IMG/VR virus record: IMGVR_UViG_2974622993_000001
Location: 4,390-68,389 of that record
Length of the DNA: 64,000 bases
Direction: 5' to 3' (one strand)
Source of the DNA: a virus
Lineage: Duplodnaviria > Caudoviricetes
Shown here piece by piece: positions 57,429 through 64,000 of this stretch. Position numbers and translations under genes: made by a program. Every line of letters starts with the position of its first letter. The stretch's first letter is position 1. The notes beneath the pieces were generated by a model. That model was not told where the DNA came from. It searched no databases and worked only from the letters and a program-made list of their open reading frames with translations.

Positions 57429-57502
57429 TGGGGAATAGCTCAGTCTGGCAGAGCATTCGGCTGTTAACCGAAATGTCGTAGGTTCGAATCCTACTTCCTC
57501 AG
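57429..57502 (+). tRNA. tRNA-Asn(GTT)
   Basis: Full cloverleaf; TTCGG-CTGTTAA-CCGAA anticodon arm; GTAGG-TTCGAAT-CCTAC T-arm. Confidence 0.93.
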
Positions 57503-57544
57503 CATCATGATCACCGCTTTGCGAAAGCGGGCGGTGATTTTCCT

Positions 57545-57620
57545 GCCCCCGTGGCGGAATTGGCATACGCGCTAGACTTAGAATCTAGTATTACTGTGAG
57601 TTCGAATCTCACCGGGGGTA
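57545..57620 (+). tRNA. tRNA-Leu(TAG), short variable region
   Basis: GCCCCCG/CGGGGGT acceptor; CTAGA-CTTAGAA-TCTAG; GTGAG-TTCGAAT-CTCAC. Confidence 0.88.
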
Positions 57621-57623
57621 CCG

Positions 57624-57779
57624 ATTAAAACCTGCACGAAATGCCATGAGAGCAAAGAGCTTTCAGATTTCAGCCGAAAAGGGAATGGCCACGCTTCATG
57701 GTGCAAATGTGACGTTAGGTGCGCCAACTGCCATCGTCGCAAAACAGTAACTCAATTCGGTTGGTGGAAAGGGAATTAA
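57624..57779 (+). pseudogene. internally deleted HNH endonuclease relic
   Basis: IKTCTKCHESKELSDF..ASWCK fused directly to CDVRCANCHRRKT. Confidence 0.6.
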
Positions 57780-58063
57780 TGGAATACAGCGGGGCAACCA
57801 AAGCCTTTGTGGCACAACTAGATTCAGACCCTGTCGAGCATCCCAACCACTACACAGGGTTGCCGATTCCATGCGTCCACTGTGGCCATAACATCGAATG
57901 CATTGATGTAGCAAAGCATTTCAATTTTAGTCGCGGCTCTGCGCTCAAATACATTTGGCGGGCAGACCTAAAGAGCAATACGATTGAAGATCTGCGAAAA
58001 GCCAAGCAGTACTTGGAGTTTGAGATTGAGAAGCTGGAAAAGGAATTGAATGGAAAAGCCTGA
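57779..58063 (+). CDS. DUF3310-family protein
   Basis: DPVEHPNHY, IECID, GSALKYIWRA..K...EDLRKA..YL. Confidence 0.85.
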   Translation: MEYSGATKAFVAQLDSDPVEHPNHYTGLPIPCVHCGHNIECIDVAKHFNFSRGSALKYIWRADLKSNTIEDLRKAKQYLEFEIEKLEKELNGKA

Positions 58064-58355
58064 GGTTTACGATACTCCTGTTTACCGGGAGATGTACAAA
58101 GCCGGTAGAGTTGACAGCGTGGATAGCGCCATTATCGATTGCATTAACTATCTGAGTGATGACTACGATGACCTCTCGACTCTCGTATTCACGTTCACAC
58201 CAATGAATTTGATCGATGAAACCGATGGCCATATTGTTTGGGGTCACCTACAGGAGTGTGAGTATGATGATGCTGGAAAGCCAAAGGCACCAGCGGATTA
58301 CGTACTCATGGAAGTTAGGCTAGCCAAGACAGAGCCTAAGTTGAAGTCTATTTAA
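58050..58355 (+). CDS. hypothetical protein
   Basis: Coupled ORF followed by hairpin. Confidence 0.65.
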   Translation: MEKPEVYDTPVYREMYKAGRVDSVDSAIIDCINYLSDDYDDLSTLVFTFTPMNLIDETDGHIVWGHLQECEYDDAGKPKAPADYVLMEVRLAKTEPKLKSI

Positions 58356-58360
58356 ATAGC

Positions 58361-58404
58361 TTGTCGCACAAGGAATTTCCCTTTCCTTTCGCCTTGTGCG
58401 GCAA
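58361..58404. terminator. hairpin/terminator
   Basis: TTGTCGCACAAGG/CCTTGTGCGGCAA 13-bp stem (one G-U pair). Confidence 0.5.
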
Positions 58405-58649
58405 CGGGGGTTTGGTCGTCTCGCCGGTAAGGGTACGATAGAAGGATTTTTGGCCTAGGCAGTGCCAGTCATTCAGCGCGCACCTATCGCCACCAAACCC
58501 CTTCCAAACTTATTGGGACATAAGGAAACCCAAGGGGAGCATAAAGGAGAGAGGAAATGCTACAACCCTTGGGTCCTTATTCTCTCAGTGTGCCAAGGCA
58601 ATTTCAAACTGAGCGTCTTAGTTCGAAAAGCCTACCGAGAGAAGCTTAT

Positions 58650-58946
58650 TCAGTTCTTCATCACGCTATTTGCCATTAGTTCCATGAAAATGAGGTCAAT
58701 CTGTTTCTCACTTTCACCCTGGACAAGCATGATGCTTCCGACAACTGGGGTGCCATCGCAATTCCCACAATCACAATGGGCTTTTGTGTTGAGGATTCCG
58801 GCCGACTTAACAAGTCCTCCCGCAACAGGATTCCGGTCCTCATCCCACTTGTATTCGAGGCAGACGTTATCGGAAAGGCCACGCAATTCCCAATCGTGAT
58901 TGACTATGGAAATGGTCTCTTCGAATTCCTTGATTGCGTCATCCAT
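58650..58946 (-). CDS. hypothetical protein (lone antisense gene)
   Basis: GAGGGAAAG SD before MDDAIK; HCDCGNC motif. Confidence 0.55.
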   Translation of the reverse strand: MDDAIKEFEETISIVNHDWELRGLSDNVCLEYKWDEDRNPVAGGLVKSAGILNTKAHCDCGNCDGTPVVGSIMLVQGESEKQIDLIFMELMANSVMKN

Positions 58947-59081
58947 TGTCTTTCCCTCTTCGAACATTCCGGCAGAGGGCTGAGGCAGTGACGAGAGGAA
59001 AAATGAACCGTAAATCATTGTGGACACCCTTTCTTGTTTGTTGGTGTGCCACCAGGGTACACACGATAGGGCTGATGTGCA

Positions 59082-59405
59082 ATGTCTCTGTTTCGCTCGA
59101 AACCTCGTGCAGAATGGCTACTTTGGACCGTCTCAGAGCTACAGGAAAAGCATGGAACCCCTTGCAGCACTGAGGATTTGGAAGAGGCCACGGCTTGGGA
59201 TGAGCGACAATTGAAACCGTTTTTAACGGAGTTGCTTAATGAGGGACTGTTGGCTGGTTGTACCTGCGGAATTTGCTTGGGGGACTTTGCAATTACCGCT
59301 AGCGGTAGACGAAAGATGGAATGCTTTCCAGCGCTTAAAGACTCAAAACCAATAGGGCCAATCAAAAAGCCTGATACAAATGAAGATATGGACACACTCT
59401 TTTGA
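59082..59405 (+). CDS. winged-helix DNA-binding protein
   Basis: PCSTEDL..L..LLNEGLL...FAITASG pattern. Confidence 0.55.
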   Translation: MSLFRSKPRAEWLLWTVSELQEKHGTPCSTEDLEEATAWDERQLKPFLTELLNEGLLAGCTCGICLGDFAITASGRRKMECFPALKDSKPIGPIKKPDTNEDMDTLF

Positions 59406-59590
59406 AAACCATTAAGAGTCTAGCCAAAAACCAAGGGACAGTAGAGAGTCAAAAGGCTGAACTGATAGAGTCTCTTGAATTCAGCTACCCCAATATACAA
59501 CTCAGCGATGTGAGATTCATCGAAGTGGATGGCGAATGGTCAGTGTTCGCTGTCGATTACGAAGGTACACTATGGAATACGCAATTCTAG
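59402..59590 (+). CDS. hypothetical protein
   Basis: Coupled ORF. Confidence 0.55.
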   Translation: MKTIKSLAKNQGTVESQKAELIESLEFSYPNIQLSDVRFIEVDGEWSVFAVDYEGTLWNTQF

Positions 59591-59642
59591 TATTCTTCCA
59601 GTTTCTCAACTGGATACTAACACTCATCTAAGGATAAATGAA

Positions 59643-59717
59643 ATGGCTCCATTGAATATCGTTATCAGCATTCTAGTTATCATTCTGCTGGTAGCACTCA
59701 TCATGTTCCTACTCTGA
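59643..59717 (+). CDS. 24-aa membrane peptide
   Basis: MAPLNIVISILVIILLVALIMFLL. Confidence 0.45.
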   Translation: MAPLNIVISILVIILLVALIMFLL

Positions 59718-59739
59718 AAGTAACTGAAAGGGAAGAAGC

Positions 59740-59928
59740 TTGGATAAGGAAACACTACAAGAGGCCCGTACGTTGGTTCGTGAAATCCTGGAGGATTTTA
59801 GCCCCACCGAATTAGCTGTTGGCTCAGTGGCTTTGAACGCCGCCATGGTGGACTTGATTCCGGATGACGCTATGCTAGAAGCCATTTACGATCTAGCAGA
59901 GAATTACAATGAGGCCCTTAATGATTGA
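59740..59928 (+). CDS. hypothetical protein
   Basis: Acidic helical ORF, similar to the next gene. Confidence 0.55.
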   Translation: MDKETLQEARTLVREILEDFSPTELAVGSVALNAAMVDLIPDDAMLEAIYDLAENYNEALND

Positions 59929-60115
59929 GAATTATGATGAGGCGCTAGAAGACGCCAAGCGTATCGTGGCTGACTTCATGAAGGAAGACAAGTACGAAGT
60001 CTGTTTGCTAGCAATGTCTTTGACGATGGCTATGGCTGATGTGCTAGATGATGGCGAATTGATCGATAAGATTCTAGATCGGTCGGAAGAGTTTGAAGAA
60101 GACTTAAGAGATTGA
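59909..60115 (+). CDS. hypothetical protein
   Basis: Acidic helical ORF. Confidence 0.55.
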   Translation: MRPLMIENYDEALEDAKRIVADFMKEDKYEVCLLAMSLTMAMADVLDDGELIDKILDRSEEFEEDLRD

Positions 60116-60375
60116 TTGTGGCACAAGGCAAATGGACCAAGAGAATTGAATTCCTCACCGACGCCAAGCGCTCATTGTGGATTCACTTTTGGTTCATGGT
60201 CTTGTGGCTTATTCCGGGCACTGTGGTCACGGTGATTTGGCTGTCTGACATGGTAGCATGGGTCTCGTGGATGAGCCTGTACGCCTTGGTAGTTGGACAC
60301 TGGTCAGGAATGCAGGCAGCATTGGCGGATTTGAGAAGCCCTGACGCAGAAGAGGATTCGGATGACGATAGTTAA
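60112..60375 (+). CDS. membrane protein
   Basis: Two transmembrane segments; WVSWMSLYALV..H motif. Confidence 0.65.
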   Translation: MIVAQGKWTKRIEFLTDAKRSLWIHFWFMVLWLIPGTVVTVIWLSDMVAWVSWMSLYALVVGHWSGMQAALADLRSPDAEEDSDDDS

Positions 60376-60538
60376 GTGTGAGAACTGTTCTCGCCCAATG
60401 AGTTACGATGAGGGATTCACCTTGATGGATCAGGCCAATGTAACCTCTATCGAATTCTGTTCTCGAAAGTGCTTGGTACACTTCATCGCAACGAATGTAG
60501 CTGAGTGGTCTAAAGAGCTGAACGAAAGGCTAGCATGA
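60362..60538 (+). CDS. small Cys-containing protein
   Basis: KCENC..FCSRKC; not in the ORF track. Confidence 0.5.
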   Translation: MTIVKCENCSRPMSYDEGFTLMDQANVTSIEFCSRKCLVHFIATNVAEWSKELNERLA

Positions 60539-60819
60539 GCGAACTGAATGACATGCTTGGCATGAATGAATACCCTTGTGGCGCAACAAATCCTGATGAA
60601 TGTACTTGCTACTACGATTTGAAATGCCCCAAGTGTGAGCACCATCCAGATTCCCTCACTCACCAATTCGACTGTGTGAACTGTAATCACATCGGTGGAT
60701 ATGGTATCGGCTCAGGCCATGAGTGTAAATGCACGAGAGTTAAAGGGCACGAACTAGACTCGGCAAGACCTCATAGCTGTGGTTGTGGGGCACTATGGGG
60801 AGAACTAAAGGCGTATTGA
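60535..60819 (+). CDS. Cys/His-rich protein
   Basis: Many Cys/His residues; coupled. Confidence 0.6.
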   Translation: MSELNDMLGMNEYPCGATNPDECTCYYDLKCPKCEHHPDSLTHQFDCVNCNHIGGYGIGSGHECKCTRVKGHELDSARPHSCGCGALWGELKAY

Positions 60820-61088
60820 GTACCAACACATTCGAGATAATTGTTTTCCTACACGAAGATATGCCCATGTACGAGGTTGAGCCGTTCGCGTATGAGGAAA
60901 TGTCAAAAGCCTTGCAGGATAAGGGATTTGATGATTTCGAGAACTTCCGCCTAGACGAAGTGGATGATGCCTACGCTTATGGGAAACGGATTCCAAACAT
61001 GCTTTCCTACAGGTTTAGGGCAGAGGTAGAGAAGCCTCTGAAACAGGTTCGCGCACAACGGATTACAGAAGAGGATAGTGACTGGTGA
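60816..61088 (+). CDS. hypothetical protein
   Basis: TTGA coupling. Confidence 0.55.
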   Translation: MSTNTFEIIVFLHEDMPMYEVEPFAYEEMSKALQDKGFDDFENFRLDEVDDAYAYGKRIPNMLSYRFRAEVEKPLKQVRAQRITEEDSDW

Positions 61089-61791
61089 AATGCTTTGTAG
61101 CACAGCCATCGTGGCTCATCCATCGCGGAAGGAACGGGCAGAGAAGCTAGCAACGCTTCTCCCACAACCTAATACGATTGTCATGGACAGTGACAACCTG
61201 GGTCCCGGTGAAAACCATTGGCGTGCATGGGTTGCCGCCTACGATGAAGACGCAGAATGGATTCTCGTAGTAGAGGATGACGCTCTGCCCATCGATGGCT
61301 TCGAAGATGAACTAGCACAAGTACTTTCAAATTCCCCTAGTCCAGTGGTCTCCCTTTACCTTGGACAATCAAGGCCATTCTCTTGGCAGCATGGTATCGG
61401 TGAAACCATCAATATGCTTGAAATGCAAGGGGATTCAAGCGGATGGTTACTATGTCAGCAAATGTTACATGGTGTAGGTATCGCTATTCGAACTGACCTC
61501 GTAACGGACATGCTCACTTGGGCACCGATGTATCACACTCTAGAGGGAAGACCTAAGCCTTACGATGAGGCTATTGGAATGTGGTGCCGCGCAATGGGTT
61601 TGCCCATCGCCTATCCTTTCCCCTCTATTCTTGATCACGATGATACGGAAACCCTTGTCGCACATGTGGATAAGCGCAAGAGGGAAGTAGGAACCAGGGT
61701 TGCCTGGAAGACAGGAAAAGCCAACAGAGATAAGGAAACTCAACTATGGATAATGCCTACCTCCTCTCGGCTCCCGAGTGCAAGGCGCTGA
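61078..61791 (+). CDS. glycosyltransferase (GT-A fold)
   Basis: IVAHPSR..A..LA, HWRAW, LVVEDDA, VVSLYLG, HGVGIAI, PSILDH. Confidence 0.8.
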   Translation: MTGEMLCSTAIVAHPSRKERAEKLATLLPQPNTIVMDSDNLGPGENHWRAWVAAYDEDAEWILVVEDDALPIDGFEDELAQVLSNSPSPVVSLYLGQSRPFSWQHGIGETINMLEMQGDSSGWLLCQQMLHGVGIAIRTDLVTDMLTWAPMYHTLEGRPKPYDEAIGMWCRAMGLPIAYPFPSILDHDDTETLVAHVDKRKREVGTRVAWKTGKANRDKETQLWIMPTSSRLPSARR

Positions 61792-61902
61792 TTAATGTTC
61801 TAATGAATCATCTAGCAGCACAAGGGATTTCCTGTTCTATCTCATATACTACTCGTGGTTCTGTATTCGATTCCATTCCCCATCCGGCAGAGATTGATAA
61901 CG

Positions 61903-62100
61903 ATGGATGCTGATTGGGACGACGGTCCTCTTTGTGAATTCGATGATGACCATTTCGACTATCACAGTAAGTGTGAATGTGGCCACGCCGCAATAGATCA
62001 CGAGGGTTGCCCTTGTAAATGTATCATCCGGTATTGCTTTGAATGTGAATGTAGGCAGTATCGCGAAAGTGGAGAGACAAGGTTAAACCTCCATGAATGA
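61903..62100 (+). CDS. Cys/His-rich small protein
   Basis: CECGH..H..C.C..C.C. Confidence 0.5.
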   Translation: MDADWDDGPLCEFDDDHFDYHSKCECGHAAIDHEGCPCKCIIRYCFECECRQYRESGETRLNLHE

Positions 62101-62135
62101 AAGACTAAGGCGCAGACTAGAATTGCGCAGAAGCA

Positions 62136-62384
62136 ATGCCGCGCAACCACATACGCCCAAGCGAGACAAGGGAACACGAAAAGAAAGGAAACGCAAGGCT
62201 ATTGAGGATTCTCAGCAAACGTAAGCTTGGTCATGAAACTGCCGTACAGGTACACTTTCCCGATGGTAGTAAATCTGAAATTGTTTATGTCGCTTCATCT
62301 TTCGAGGATGCCGACGTTCTCCACGTCATCCAATACGATGATGGCTCTTTGAATTTCACGTACCACCCAGGGGAGAATGAATGA
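62136..62384 (+). CDS. hypothetical protein
   Basis: ORF. Confidence 0.5.
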   Translation: MPRNHIRPSETREHEKKGNARLLRILSKRKLGHETAVQVHFPDGSKSEIVYVASSFEDADVLHVIQYDDGSLNFTYHPGENE

Positions 62385-62656
62385 CCACCGAGAAGTACGA
62401 ATACATTCAATGTGGATGCTTTGCCTGTAAAGAACAGCGTAGAACCGATCATCCGAATGTTGTTGCCTCCCTTGACTTTGTCAAAAACGAAGTCCGAATT
62501 AACGGCAGAAACGTTATCCCAGAAGAAGCTTTCTTAGAATACGGTCCTACCGTAGAAATCAATGAGGGATTCATGACTCTCCGAATTGGTATCTTCTGCA
62601 ACGAGGTTGAGGTTATCGGTCAGGAAAAGGGCCTTAATTGGATAAAGAATTCCTGA
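62381..62656 (+). CDS. hypothetical protein
   Basis: GGGGAG SD; ATGA coupling. Confidence 0.6.
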   Translation: MTTEKYEYIQCGCFACKEQRRTDHPNVVASLDFVKNEVRINGRNVIPEEAFLEYGPTVEINEGFMTLRIGIFCNEVEVIGQEKGLNWIKNS

Positions 62657-62820
62657 AAGGCTGTAAGCCTATATTTAAGGGCTACGATAATGGCAGTGAT
62701 CCACAATGGGGTATCCTGCTCCACTATGAGAACGAAGACCAGTACCGATTCCTAGCCCTCGAATTCTGTTGTGGCACAAAGGGTTTCGTGGTAGGAGGTA
62801 TTCAATGGAGATTGCATTAG
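62638..62820 (+). CDS. hypothetical protein
   Basis: Overlapping ORF. Confidence 0.45.
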   Translation: MDKEFLKGCKPIFKGYDNGSDPQWGILLHYENEDQYRFLALEFCCGTKGFVVGGIQWRLH

Positions 62821-63017
62821 TAATCGGCCTATTCCTAATCCTCTACTTCTGTGCCAGAGTACAGCCTACCCACTACAAAGGTAACCGTCCTATAGGTAGG
62901 GGTACTCCAAATGCCAAGCCTCCCAAGGGTACTGGTGGGGTAGCTAGGGGTAGGGGTAGGAGTAGACGGGTAGGGGTAGGTAATAACCATGTCACGCACA
63001 AGGGAAGAAGCCTATAA
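62805..63017 (+). CDS. small membrane-anchored basic protein
   Basis: GGAGG SD; MEIALVIGLFLILYF. Confidence 0.5.
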   Translation: MEIALVIGLFLILYFCARVQPTHYKGNRPIGRGTPNAKPPKGTGGVARGRGRSRRVGVGNNHVTHKGRSL

Positions 63018-63246
63018 ACGTAAGCGGCGCAGGCTATTACGGGAGACCGACGGTATCTGCTGGCTATGCGGAATTGAAATTGATATGACGCTAGAATTCC
63101 CTGATCCTATGTCCTTCAGTGCAGACCATGTATACCCAGTGGGTGAGGGTCATCCTAATGCAGGTCCCCTTATGGCAGCACACCTAAGGTGCAACCAACG
63201 TAGGGGTAAGGGTACCAAGGATATACGGCACCAGAGGGATTGGTAG
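62989..63246 (+). CDS. HNH endonuclease (packaging-associated type)
   Basis: CWLCG..DP.S.SADHV.P..GH..AAHLRCN..RG. Confidence 0.85.
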   Translation: MSRTREEAYKRKRRRLLRETDGICWLCGIEIDMTLEFPDPMSFSADHVYPVGEGHPNAGPLMAAHLRCNQRRGKGTKDIRHQRDW

Positions 63247-64000
63247 TAGGGCTATGGTGGATAGGGGATATAGAGTACTGGTGGAATACAGTGATACACA
63301 TAGGCATCCATGTCTACAGCACCATGAGGATATGGTGGTACGTATGAGACTAGAGGATGGTACTACATGGTACTACTGTGTAGGCCACAGTATTAGTTGG
63401 TCTGATAAGTAATACAATGCTATTCCTATTCTATCTATTGCTATTCTTCATACTAACCATGTGCATTATCAATGAAGGATAAAAGAAAATAAAATAAAAG
63501 AATACTATATCAATGGACAGCTAAGGCTCAATACCTCAATGCCTCCAATGACCACACTCTAATGTGTGCTCGCACAACAAGATTCACGCCCATAGATAGA
63601 GTGCATACCAGCATAGGGATAGGGTAATAAACAATGGCATACACCAGACAATGGGATAGCACATGGACATGGTATAGGAACATAGAGATAATAGGTACTG
63701 GTGAAGAGGGAGAATATGAAATCAAATACCCAGACCGATACACAATCGAATACGAATACGAATAACGTTGCAGGACAAGCACACTCACAATGCGCGTGCG
63801 AAATAGCAAACAATGATTGTCCAGTCTGCTACTAACGGAATTCCTACCAGCACAAATGCAAAAGAATAGGTGGGAATACACATTCATTGCAGGGGCATGA
63901 ATTCACACACATATGTGCAGGAATTGAAAAGAAAAGGAAAAGAATAGAGAAAAGGGAGGGGGGAGGCCCCCTTTTGCCTTCTGGCCGCTACTCTGCCCAT
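63247..64000. other. long A-rich non-coding region, candidate genome end/cos region
   Basis: No credible ORF; follows the terminal HNH gene. Confidence 0.45.

Noticed and set aside
63528-63887. Hydrophobic minus-strand ORFs at the window end
   Set aside because: By-product of the A-rich strand bias; no SD and no motifs

Overview
This window is nearly a whole genome of a siphovirus infecting Corynebacteriales (Rhodococcus/Gordonia/Mycobacterium-like host). The host inference rests on two Lsr2 genes, two WhiB genes, an amidase-LGFP endolysin, a cutinase-like protein and a mycobacteriophage-type tail module. Layout: small accessory genes (1-6.1 kb); terminase, portal, capsid and tail genes (6.1-30.2 kb), interrupted between the tail chaperone and tape measure genes by an antisense three-gene AAA-ATPase cassette; lysis cassette (30.2-32.4 kb); a leftward block of small genes (32.4-39.4 kb); rightward replication/recombination and accessory genes (39.5-63.2 kb); and a non-coding end. 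No integrase, repressor or DNA polymerase was recognised. Two features stand out. (1) A promoter-led unit at 55.9-57.4 kb pairs a conserved 243-aa uncharacterised protein with an ~490-nt non-coding region. That region holds two circularly permuted tRNA-like modules (T-arm, closed acceptor stem, D-arm, no anticodon arm), resembling YrlA Y RNAs, yet no Ro60 gene is present. (2) Twelve two-tier hairpins of 51-63 nt sit at almost every gene junction of the 32.8-37.4 kb leftward block, each between a stop codon and a near-identical strong Shine-Dalgarno sequence. Smaller observations: two nuclease genes that appear to need ATA/GTA start codons, a frameshifted tail gene, an internally deleted HNH relic and a selC-like tRNA relic. 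All family assignments come from motif recognition by eye; no database searches were run.
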